Positions 36,433-48,109 of a stretch of 64,000 nucleotides of DNA are shown piece after piece. The notes below the pieces were generated by a model. That model was given only the letters and a program-made list of their open reading frames with translations, searched no databases and was not told the origin of the DNA. This DNA is from Magallana gigas (taxonomy: Eukaryota), in the NCBI RefSeq assembly GCF_963853765.1, contig NC_088858.1, positions 7,006,001 to 7,070,000 of the forward strand, given 5' to 3'. Both the position numbers and the translations under genes were made by a program. Every line of letters begins with the position of its first letter. Position 1 is the stretch's first letter.

Positions 36433-39259
36433 CTATCCCATGAACCCGCCGGGGAACACTGAAACCAGAAAAAGACAGTCAAGAAATGTTTGTTTGCAAT
36501 AACTAGTATCATATTAAAAAATATATAAATAAAAACAATGTGTTTATGAATTATTAGAATATACTAAATATAAAAGAGTTATGAGAGTTTTATTAAATCA
36601 TATTTTACAGCATTAATTTAAGGAATAAGGAATCAATCTTTTTAAGTATTATTAAGTGATTATATACGGTTGGGGTGATCAAATCCAATTCCCTTCGGGG
36701 TTTATGATAGATTTGATCACACCTGATCGTATTTGATCGACTCAAATTTAAATTCCTTATAACCTATATTTTATATTAGTTATAAGAGATGCTATTTTAA
36801 ATTATTCTCCAATATACTACGAATGTCGTCAGTAAATGTATAGACACCCCATATTTTGTCGAATCACGGGTTTTTTTTAAAGTAGCATATAGAGAACTGA
36901 ATGTTGAGAAACACATGTAAGGCTTTCACTGATAGTTAGAGGTTAAACGTTAAACTATGTCGTTTTTTCACGTCTTACGTAGCAAGGGACAATTTCAGAT
37001 TTTTGTAAAATTGAGCAATACAGTGCTTGAAATCGAACGAGTGTTGCTAAAATTCATGAAATGGTTCTTCATGATTATCATTAGTTAGAGGGACGTCTCC
37101 TGTTGAATATGGTATGCAATATGTAGGCCCCTTACGCAAATAACATGAGAGAATCAGGAGTAAATTGAGAATTTTGCGACTATGACTGTTGGGTTGACTT
37201 TAAACTGTGAAACTGCAAGTTACAGACAGGAGGGTAAAAAACACGGAAAGCAGGTGGATGGGACATTGTAAACTATACACCAGTAAGTTTCTGAAATGTA
37301 AAGGTGCAAGCTACACGCAGTACGGAAAGCCAACTCTTTGCATGGTATAAGCTGGTGGAGGTCTTAAAAGCTGAAAAATCATGAAAAAGTGGACGAATAT
37401 GAAAGGGTCGAAATCTTAGAAAAACCACTTTGTAGAAAATATTACATGTTCTGACTAGTAATTTTTTTCAGAATTGGTGATGGGCATTATTAAGAGTGAA
37501 TTAAAGGTATTTGTATAAAAGGAAACAGAGAAAATTCTGGTTACAGAAGACACATCACCTGGCTACAGTGACACCCCTGCGAGTGTGTTCGGATTGTTTT
37601 CTTTATCGTTGCTAAGTATGTAATAAATCCAGAGGTGCTCGAATGAAAAATTCACGAGACTTCACCGAGATTTGTTCAGTTCCTGTGAAATTTCGAGAGG
37701 AAGTATGAGTGTTCGGATAATATTCTCAAAATACGTTAGTACTGGTGGATTTTCATATCATATCCTATTGTGATTTATGTTAAAACATCAACATCTTTTA
37801 AGATGTATGTCTTATTTCACCATCTAGCGGTTTTTTAAATCATTCGATAATACTCGAAACAGAGTTATCGTTCGTGTTCAATGAGTGGTTGATAATATAA
37901 ACTTTGGGTTGCTTAATAAATTCATAGACATGTTTGATGTTTGATGTTGTGGTGTGTAATACAATGTTTTAAAAAAATAATGTGTGAATGTTTTGCATAA
38001 AAACTTAGTATATCGAGCCATTTTTAAGGAACATTCTGCATAAAATAGTACAGTCTGTTTCACTATTAGTGTTATTACTAGGTCAGGCGCGGATCGAAAA
38101 TTAATTCTTAGGGGGATGTCTACTACGCATGTTAATTGTCGCAACAGCAGAAAAAACTATTTTTGTATTGTCACATTTACTTCTAGGACACATTTTACCC
38201 ACCAATTAATGAAGATAAAGTTTAAAATCAATAAACCTCTAGAATTTATATTTGACTACAAGTACCTAGATTCTCTAAAATAGACTATAAACACGAGGCA
38301 CGATTTTTACTGCGAAACTGAAAGTGTCAAATAAAACCTCGTGATTTAAAATTTAAATGACAATAACATTCGCAGGGGTGAGTGAGTTGTATAAAAAAAC
38401 TGTCCTGTACCATCTTAGTACCAGTAAGCGATACGTAATGCCTCGGATGAGCTCAGTATGGCTGTTTTAATCTAATTACCTCCTTTTACACTTGCATTGC
38501 ATATTTGTATATTAAATAGATAAAAATGTACCATTTATCATTGTATAAAATTACCCTTAAATTGGTGAAAATATGATACAAGTTATCTTTACAAAGAAAT
38601 AAGTACGTGCATTTCATAAATCTCCGAAAAAATGTCGTCTGCGTGTCATTCCGATTGGTTGCCTGTGATTTATTTCTATGTAAACTATTTCTTACAAAGC
38701 TACTGAGTTTACTAGGAATAGTCGTTAAAACTCTATTGAGGAGAGACCAGCAAATCCGAACTGCTGGTAGAACAGAAGTAAAGTTCTTGTTATTGTGAAT
38801 GTTGCAGAATAACCCCTTTTGGTTTATAAAATATTGTATGAAATATTAATAATTTCAAAAAAACATTTCTCGAGTCGACCTTGGAGATTACTAGTATTCT
38901 GCAACATTCACACAAATTCTTGCTTTCTTTTTTAAACGGTTGTTAGTTGTAAGAATATACAAGTTAATATATTTACTTGGACCTGGACCGGCTCCGGGAA
39001 AGCCGACTCCTGGAAAGCCGCCTCCGGGGAAGAATGGCATCGGAGCAGGGAATGGATTAAATGGGTTGAAGTTGGTTTGAATAGGGTAGGGTACCACGAC
39101 CGGAAGAGGTTGGCGCCGAAAGCGGTTAAAGATGAACGGAAGTGCCAGTCCCGCCAGGAAAGCGCCCCCTGTGCCGATGTTTCCGAAGCCTGTCGTCTGC
39201 GCTGTTGTCATTGCCATCACGGACATGAAGATCAATGCGACGAGATTTCTGGTCAACAT
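36433..39259 (-). CDS. Secreted Pro/Phe/Gly-rich peptide, 102 aa: join(39259-38977, 36458-36433)
   Basis: MLTRNLVALIFMSVMAMTTA-QTTGFG...FPGAGPGP + MFPGGFMG*. Donor CCAA|GTAAAT at 38976 and acceptor TTTCAG at 36459 match in phase 1, and the last exon continues the FPGG composition. Acceptor 6 nt before the ATG. Confidence 0.82.
37572..38380. mobile_element. 809-bp non-autonomous DNA transposon, copy 1 (TIR CACCCCTGCGA(A/G)TGT, 5-bp TSD AGTGA)
   Basis: TIRs at both ends; AGTGA at 37567-37571 and 38381-38385; lies in the coding intron of the 39259 gene. Confidence 0.85.
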
Positions 39260-39331
39260 GGTCGTCTAAATAAAAAGGATCACTTTACATTTTAAAAGTA
39301 CATGTATATACATGTATATATATCAGATCGA

Positions 39332-39715
39332 GTTGCGTTCAAGATCATAGCTGCTGCGTAAGGCCACGTAGCAGCTACATGTATGATCTTCAACGGTAAG
39401 CTACATGTAGCTTAGCTACAAAGTAGATATTCGTAGCTTTAATATTTTATGTTATGCATCAAATTCAAAATGGCCACCTTATAGTTACCACTTTGTAACA
39501 CACAGGAGATCTATTTATTAAGTGATATTTTTTTCGTTTTAAGTTCTAATAGATTTTGAAATGTAGATTTCGGCTTGAAATTAACAAATCATGTCGATGT
39601 AATTAGTCTGTAGTTGAATATTTCCAACTTCAAATCAGAGACATAGCGGTCTGTTAACAGACCTAAGTATTTACGACCTAGCGACTAAGCTAACTGCTAC
39701 GATCTCGAACGCAGC
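39332..39715. mobile_element. ~385-bp MITE just upstream of the 39259 ATG
   Basis: GTTGCGTTCAAGATCATAGC pairs with GCTACGATCTCGAACGCAGC. TSD not resolved. Confidence 0.55.
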
Positions 39716-39916
39716 CCAGGTCATCGCAGTGAACAACTTAAAATCACACTTTATAAAACGACATAGCTAATTGTCAAAGATACAATATTTTACGTTTCCT
39801 TATTTTAAACATCAAATTAATTGGGGTTTATCCTGATTTTAGACAAGGTCCAGCACTACTTTTTTCGGAGATTCCCAACTAACAATAACAACAGAAACAT
39901 TGAAGAACGCGCTAAA

Positions 39917-40727
39917 CACCCCTGCGAATGTTATTGTCATTTAGATTTTAAATCACGAGGTTTTATTTGACCCTTTCTGTTTCGCAGTAAAAACCGCGCC
40001 TCGTGTTTATAGTCTATTTTAATCTAGGTACTTGTAGACAAATATAAATTCTAGAGGTTTATTGATTTTAAACTTTATCTTCATTAATTGGTGGATAAAA
40101 TGTGTTTTAGAAATAAACAAGACAATACAAAAAATAGTTTTTTTCTGCTGTTGCGACAATTAACATGCGTAGTAGAGATCCCCTCTAAGAATTAATTTTC
40201 GATCCGCGCCTGACCTAGTAATTACATCAATAGTGAAAGAGACTGTACTATTTTATGCAGAATGTTCCTTGAAAATGGCTCGATACACTAAGTTTTAGGC
40301 AAAACATTCACCCATTAATATTTTAAAAACATGGTATTGCACACCACAAGCATCAAACACGGCTATGATTTTATTAAGCAACCCAATGTTTATATTATCA
40401 ACCACTCTACACGTGGTTGAACACGAACGATAACTCTGTTCTGAATATCATCGTTTAATTTAAAAAAAAACGCTAGATGGTGAAATAAGACATACATCTT
40501 AAAAGATGTTGATGTTTTAACATAAATCAAGATAGAATATGATATGAAAATCGACCAGTACTTACGTATTTTGAGAATATTATCCGAACACTTATACTTC
40601 CGCTCGAAATTTCACAGGAACTCAACAAATCTCGGTGAAGTCTCGCGAACTTTCATTCGAGCACCTCTGGATTTATTACATACTTAGCAACGGTAAAGAA
40701 AACATTTCAAACACATTCGCAGGGGTG
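39917..40727. mobile_element. 811-bp non-autonomous DNA transposon, copy 2, inverted relative to copy 1 (5-bp TSD CTAAA)
   Basis: Alignable along its length to the reverse complement of 37572-38380; CTAAA at 39912-39916 and 40728-40732. Confidence 0.85.
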
Positions 40728-40952
40728 CTAAAGTCGGACGTAATCACAAAGAAACAATGTTATCATATAAATGTATGAAAGAATTTCCTTTTAGTTTCAA
40801 CTTTTCTTTAAAATAAATAACGCTTAATTTTAACATGTGGTTGCCATGCCTAAGACTCTAAGCTTCATATGATATATTTGTACATCTTTTGTTGATATTG
40901 ATACGTGTAATAACGAATATGCCTGTGAATTATCATGTTATAATTTTTTAAT

Positions 40953-41034
40953 TTTACCGGGTGGCAGTAAATACAAAATTTACATCATTACAACTTTTCT
41001 GGTTGTAATCTTGTATTTACTGCCATCCGGTAAA
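40953..41034. repeat. 82-bp hairpin
   Basis: TTTACCGGGTGGCAGTAAATACAA paired with TTGTATTTACTGCCATCCGGTAAA. Confidence 0.65.
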
Positions 41035-44000
41035 TTCAAATTTTACAACATGTCGGAATCAGGGAAACGTAAATTTATGTTGTTGTTCATTGATTACAGT
41101 TCGTGATATTTGAGTCAAAGTTCTTTTTTTAAAAATCTTGTAAAGACCACCCAATCTTAGAGAAGAGGAAGTGCTCAGTCCGAAGGGTGTTTAACATTTT
41201 CTTAACTCTGTATACCGTATTCTAGGGAGACAGTTGTCATTGACTACGTTAACACATATATAGCACCAAAGAGTAATGCACAAATCCTAAAGTCACATGT
41301 ACATGTATGTAAGAATTTTGAATTTTGAATTCCTGAAACAAAAGTTAACGTTCTTTGGGTTGTACATGGGAAATGCACCTTAATTTTGTTACCAGTCACG
41401 TGATATGAACTTTCAAAGTTTGTTAAAAATGGTCGTGATTTGGAATTTGCTCTTTCTCTACTAACGTATTAATTGTATATAGGAAACATTTTTCTATTTT
41501 TGCAGAATTTTTTTTTATAAATCTTTAAAAACTGAAAACCCCCCCAGAATGATGTACTTTTCACACGGTGTTAATTTCACTTTTATTACCAATGACTGTC
41601 AGTGGTCATATATACAATGGCATGAAAAGTACTAACGCACAAGTATTTATATGATGTGTGTACGGAGTAGGATAGACAGGGACTGTGAGTCATATACGGG
41701 ACTGAAGCGGCACTGACCATAAAGTTGTCGTCTCTGACAGGACCCAGGGTGACAGTGATAAATGGCCGATGAACCGCGCTGTCTGTCAATGGACGATTTC
41801 CAATGTCCAATCACACGGCCAGTCCTAACTCTCGGCGACCGGTCCATGCTTTTTTGAAACATTGTTTTTATCCAATTAAGATAGTGGTCAGGATTGCTAC
41901 GGCTTTTACATTCGGACAATTTATCCGTAGAATTATTTATAGTAAATGACTTCTTTTCGAAAATGGTATTGATTATTCATCGGTAAAATGATTGCTTTTA
42001 TTATTTTATCAAATCATATTACTTATTGTAAACTTTAAGAGAAGAGATGCTATTTTGACAAACAAACGAACATGTATTTTCTTTTAATTACTACCAGCTT
42101 GGTCAAAGAGTTAAATATTTAGATCAATCGTTTAATTACATTGATGGTATGAATGCATTTCTGTTTTCTCATTTCAAGTTTTAGTTATATGCTTTTACCC
42201 CCCAAATTGGTAGCTGGTTAGGGGTACTAGTGGATACAAGTTAAAAAGGAGTTAAATATACAATGAATTAAATGCTGATATATAATGAAATGATTTCTAA
42301 ACGTAAGAGAATATTGACAACAATATCACACTTTTAGTGGCACAATGAAAGAGTTTAGTGGAAGCGCTACCGTACGCTAATTAAAATATGGTATATAAAA
42401 CAGCATACAGCATACAATGTATGTTGTTACGCTATAGTAAATCAGTTTTTTTCAGTTTTATGAAATTTAACCATAGAAATGCATTGTTAAGTTATTATTA
42501 GGTACTTATTTCTTAAAACATTCACAAAATAATCGCCTCTGAGTTATGCGAAGCATGATACCGGTATGCACTTTTCCTAGCTAAGTATTTAGAGGATAAT
42601 TCAACACAAATGAAAAAAAATCAGTAAGAGATTTCATTATAAACTTTCATTATAAACTTTTATAGAAGGACAAATAATTGATTAAAACTATCACATACCC
42701 GAGCATGTCATTATCATATAAATGAAGTTACATGTATGTTAGATGGATCCAAAACAAACAATTACCTATTATGACGTATATGTTATAACATAAAACACAA
42801 TTGGTTAGAATCTCTTTAATAAAAAGTAAAAACTATCATATATAATAAATATCAAGCATTTATTGGGATGTTTTATTCAAACATAGGATAAGGAAGAGTG
42901 CAAGTCAAACACACACACATACGGGGATTTAACAATGACTGACGGATCACCATTTTTATCAGTAGGTACAGAGGTTGAGGAGGGTGGCCCCAGGGGAAGT
43001 ACTAGGGGGCCGCACTACCTACCTTTGTGTGAACACTTCCCAGCGGTACGGAAGGCAACTGGTTCCAGGGATCATGATCGATGTTTATATATCATAAATA
43101 AGATTATACTTAGCGCGCACTTGTCAATATCTTGATAACGTGTATACATATGTAAATGTATGAATTCATTATGAATTCATGCTCTGGACTTGGGTGTCCT
43201 AATGTGTGTAACCAACATACCATAAATAACCTGGCATTAAGGAGTTCTATCGCCATAGATGTTGTCTTTATGCATTTTGTGCACCAGTTGCTGTCTACTT
43301 AACAGTAGGAATCCGGGATTACTCAATATTAACGTTGGTAATAATTGAAATTTAGAAAATATATACTTCTCACTATAAAGTGTCTACGCCTTTAATATTA
43401 CTAATTTGTAACTTAGAAACTCGATCAAATGTATACATATCAAAGTTATCCAGTTCATTTCAGTGTAAAGCTGTATGGGTAGCCTTTTTAACCAGTGAAA
43501 ATTCTGATAGATGTAAATCTTTCCTGGTCATTTTATTTGTAATGGGTTTTTAAAAATAAGTTTTCAATATATTTGATTAGTGCCTACTATTTATCAAAAA
43601 TATAATATTATAGTCATGTACTCTTTACACAATTGCGCTGAAAAATAGTTTCATTCATGATCAGCGGAAACAACATTACAACAAATGTTTAGAATGTCGA
43701 TGTAAATGCAATACATAGAAGAAAACAAAATAAACGTTAAATTATTTTAAAAATTCACCTTGACTGAAAAAATGTAAATTTGAAGCATTCATAGTCTTAC
43801 CCTAGCTGGCTCCTCATCCTTTTCACGAAAATATAGGTCATTCTTTGATTGACATTTTTTTCATTAATGAATATTACTTATATCACTTTCATGATTATTG
43901 TTCGTTATTTTAAACACGGTATATTTTAAATATTTATTGTGTATGAGAGCGTGTATTTTTTCTTTTCCTTTTTAATGACGGAATGGTTATGCAACACCTG

Positions 44001-45517
44001 CACCGTATTTCTGACGTAAGACTGCTGCCAGTACTTGGCTATGCTTCGTACGGACATAAAGAAATATATACGCCAGTTTCTTAGCAAGGATTTTAACTTA
44101 GAGAGACCAGCTAAGCAGTGAAAATAAATATAATTTAATAGTCAAACATCTTGTCGTTTTTTTAAAATTTACTCCACATCCATATGTAAAGAACGATGAG
44201 ATAAGTGTATAGTCAAAAGTCAACATGATTATATACCATTGTACAACCAGTATACATTCGTTTTATGTGCGATTGTAGCGGTAAGTCTATGAAAACCAGA
44301 AGTATTAAAACTTTACAATCTCCTTATAAGACAGCAGATTCATTTTAAACGTTTTCATTGAACTATACATAACATTACATTTGCAAAGGGTCTTTAGCTT
44401 TTTATTTATTTATTGCAATTCAAAAGATTTCAATTCAGTTTTCAGAAACACCCTAACGTAGAACCTATTTTGTTCCAGCTGGAGTTTTTCCCATACCCTT
44501 CAAAGGATACTAGTAAAACTATTTCGATTTAAAAAATGGTAGACATTTTTGTCTAGGTGACGGTGCAAGATTTTTTGAAATTTCTATTTCTAGATATTTG
44601 ATTCAAGATTACACGGCTTTGGGGTTAATAGTTGTTTACCATTATCAGTCATGAAGATTATGATTTTACGGCACCCAGTTTTGCAGTTTACTTCTGATTC
44701 TCATGTACTTAACATTATAGACTTACATATTGCATACAAAATCCCTCTAATTAATAATGATTATGAAGAATCATTTTATGAATTTTAGCAATACTTATAC
44801 AGTTATACATGTACGGCTTCAAGTACAGTATTTCTCATTTTTACACAAATATTTGTCCGAAACTGTCCTTTGCTTAAGAGTTTATCAAATTTCTGACCAA
44901 TTTGCCAATTAGACAAATTGTACATAAAATGAATTCCAGCGACAAATACAAGTTTCAGTATGTCGAGGGTCAGTCAAACACTTCTTCTATAGTAAAATAA
45001 TTATATACCAGCTGTAAACCCTTTACTTCCATTTTCGGCAATTGCCCTAACATGTGTATCTCCATTCTAAGATCAACAATTACAAACGTAAACCATTAAC
45101 TTAAACAGACAATGATTGTTTTATGAATGTGTTTATTGCCAACATAAACAATGGTGATGAGCGACAGATGGATCTGATTCTGTGACGATGTGTGTGCTGA
45201 GCGGCGCTTGTCCTGCTCTCATTCCGCTTAATATTCTTCTTCTTCTTCTTTACGATGTGCGTCAATTAAAGTGGTGATGATTGGAAATAAATAACCTGCA
45301 AATATATACAAAGAATTAATGTTAAGTTACTGAAGGATGTTTCAAAAAATAATTGATCCTCATTTCAAAAACACATGGTTACGAAAAAATCGAGAAATTT
45401 TAACACGGGAAAATCGAAAAAAAAGAAAAAAGAAAATTAAATAAACACCCTTAAAAACCTGTAGTAATTGAGATTGACAAATAAAATCCGTTGAACTTAC
45501 ATGATGGTGATTCTTTC

Positions 45518-45796
45518 TCAGTAGTGTTTGCGGTTGTGGTGGTAGACGATGACTGGTGGCTGGGCGATGGGGAAGGGGGCGATGAATGGTGGGGGTGGGG
45601 GAATGATGACACGGCTTGGGTTGGGTCCCAGGCTGTTGGCGGCAAGAAAGGGAGCGACGAAGGACAGCGCCAGGGCTGGGTTGTTGCTGATGAAGCTGTT
45701 CAGGTTGTTGAGGAAGGTGTTTGTGGTGATGGTCTGAGAGTAGACAGATCCTGTCAGGCACAGGACGGCCAAGACAACAGCGACGCAGGACTTCAT
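45518..45796 (-). CDS. Secreted Asn/Pro-rich peptide A, 92 aa (paralog of 47834)
   Basis: MKSCVAVVLAVLCLTGSVYS-QTITT...IIPPPPPF...HHNRKHY*. Acceptor 3 nt before the ATG; 3'UTR donor GTAAGT 17 nt after the stop; terminal exon with AATAAA near 45131. Confidence 0.88.
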   Translation of the reverse strand: MKSCVAVVLAVLCLTGSVYSQTITTNTFLNNLNSFISNNPALALSFVAPFLAANSLGPNPSRVIIPPPPPFIAPFPIAQPPVIVYHHNRKHY

Positions 45797-46189
45797 GGTC
45801 TGTGACAGAAGAGAACAACATTTACTTATCGAATGAAACTGACATGCTAAACAGTGTTTGGCAAATTGCGCCTAATAAAGACAGTCGTACTTGGGTTCTG
45901 TTCTATTATGTTATTAAGACTTGCATTAGCAATTTCTGTGGCGAAAAATAATGCATGATGCAAAATCTTTTTTCGTGGACACTTTTAAATATGATTTTAA
46001 AGAAAAACCTATTTTTTGAACATATCCTCTTTTTTTCAAGAGACACCAATGATTTCAAATTGGTCTTTGAACAGAAAACAAATTGACATTTCAAAAACCC
46101 CGCTTCTGCTACGAAATATTTTTTTTTCCATTATTATTTTTCATTTACATTGACCAGAATACTTGAGCTTAGAGTAGCTCGACACATAC

Positions 46190-46254
46190 CTGTATATGAA
46201 AGAGTGAATCCAAAGAATGAACTGAAGATTCTAGAAACTCGAACTACTTTTATA
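46190..46254 (-). promoter_or_regulatory. TATA box and non-coding exon 1 of peptide A
   Basis: TATAAAA on the minus strand at 46248-46254; donor ACAG|GTATGT at 46189. Confidence 0.55.
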
Positions 46255-47548
46255 GCAAAGAGGCAGACTCTTTTGACAGATGCAATGTCACTGTGTCTGA
46301 AAAATGTTACATGTCTAACAATACTGAATGGTTTTCTTCATTAATGTTTGAATTCACACTTTACCATTGTTAGCTCGTGTAATACAATGTCTGCAGGTCA
46401 CGGCAGATTAACGAGAGGTGTCCACTGCTGTCGCGCCAAGACCGTCTCGGCCTTCCAGGTTACAACCATCAAAATTTTTCTTTTGAAATCAAATTTGTCA
46501 AATTTCCAAATTTTACATCTTACAAATAAACAAATACACAATAGAGAAAAAGGAAACTCAGAAGAACAAAAGTTGCTATAATTTACTGATAACATTTATC
46601 TTATATTACTTGGAATAATTCATATTTAAATTTATGCTTTGATCTGACTTATTGATTCTGTTGAAACAATGGGTGTCATTTTGTCGAGATATAGATGTGT
46701 TCGTTGCATGGGCTAAATATTTGATCAGTAATTTAAATTCAACGCCCCCCAAAAATTCCTCCGTCACAAACATTTCACATGTAAATTTAAGAAATTGAAA
46801 TTGAAATTGTATATGTATGAAGACAGTACATTTGTAATATCTTTTAAGACCAACAGATCTTAAGAGCTTTTTAAGGTTGTAAAGTATTGTGAAGACAGTT
46901 GAAATGCATGTATCACTATTTCTTTTCTCATTATTGTGTTATGACTGTTTGACATGTTTCCCGGTGGGTATGTGAGATCCCAACTAACACAAGACCCGCT
47001 GTTAGTCCGTGTGCTCGTCGAGTACAGCGCTCGTTAGTTACTTTTTATTACATCACGTCGACAAGGAGATATTGTAACTCCAACACTATACTTGCTGCAA
47101 GAGTTGGCATAATAAAAGCCGACGAATACAATGCAGTTGGAACGAGCGGATATTATCCTACCATAAAATGACAGAATATCATGTAATTACGCAACAAGTT
47201 GTCAAAAACCACAGAAAAGCATGCAAAATATTTGTCAAAGTGTCATCAATTAGCGGTGGTTATAAGATAGGTATTATGCTAGAGACATGATAACTTGTAA
47301 TTAAAATCCAATTCATAGTAGCATACATCTTGACCTTACAGAATATAGATTTTGGTATTTGGTAGATGAGGAACTTTAGGGGGAAATTCTTTATTTGTTT
47401 AAATTTCTCCATTATCTTTAATTTAAAAATCAAACTTTAAACTAGAAAATATTTTTTATTGATTTCAAAAATAGGCCCTGTAGGTCTTAAACTGGAATAA
47501 GATATTTCTTCGTTAGTTCATCCCCTTACGGTCCTCTCTCATATTACA

Positions 47549-47610
47549 TATATAAAGGGGAGAAATAATGGAGTCAAACTATAGTTTCTCTATCGCACAA
47601 ACTGTAACAG
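47549..47610 (+). promoter_or_regulatory. TATA box and non-coding exon 1 of peptide B
   Basis: TATATAAA at 47549-47556; donor ACAG|GTAAGT at 47611; acceptor at 47827. Confidence 0.65.
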
Positions 47611-47833
47611 GTAAGTTAAAACAAGAAGGTTTTTTTTCATATTTATCTAATGACTGATCATTACAATTATAAATGTTGCAAATCATTTTTAGAATCAATT
47701 TCCATTCGCTAAGTTTAGGCAAGAAATGCAACAACTGTAATGAAAATGAGTTGCTTATAGACGAACTTTAATGTTGTGTTGTGCATTGATTTTTAACTGC
47801 AATGTATTTTTTCTTTCACCTGGCCAGGTAATA

Positions 47834-48109
47834 ATGAGGTCTTCAGTCGCTGTTGTCTTGGCCGTCCTGTGCCTGACAGGATCTGTCTACTCTCAGACCA
47901 TCAGCACAAACACCTTCTTCACCAACCTGAACAACTTCATCAGCAACAACCCAGCCCTGGCGCTGTCCTTCGTCGCTCCCTTTCTTGCCGCCAACAGCCT
48001 TGGACCCAACCCCAGCGGTGTCATCATTCCCCCACCCCCACCATTCATCCCCATGGTCCCTCCCATGGCAATGATGCCACCCATCATTGTTAGGAAGCAC
48101 CACTACTGA
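47834..48109 (+). CDS. Secreted Asn/Pro/Met-rich peptide B, 91 aa (paralog of 45796)
   Basis: MRSSVAVVLAVLCLTGSVYS-QTIST...PPPPPFIPMVPPMAMMPPIIVRKHHY*. The real start is 47834, not 47771. 3'UTR donor GTAAGT at 48127. Confidence 0.88.
   Translation: MRSSVAVVLAVLCLTGSVYSQTISTNTFFTNLNNFISNNPALALSFVAPFLAANSLGPNPSGVIIPPPPPFIPMVPPMAMMPPIIVRKHHY

Noticed and set aside
41586-41919. GC-rich island with short ORFs; GSSAIYHCHPG faintly resembles a sushi-domain segment
   Set aside because: The Cys/Trp spacing does not fit a sushi domain, there are no convincing splice sites, and other frames contain stops. It may be a transposon relic; unresolved.
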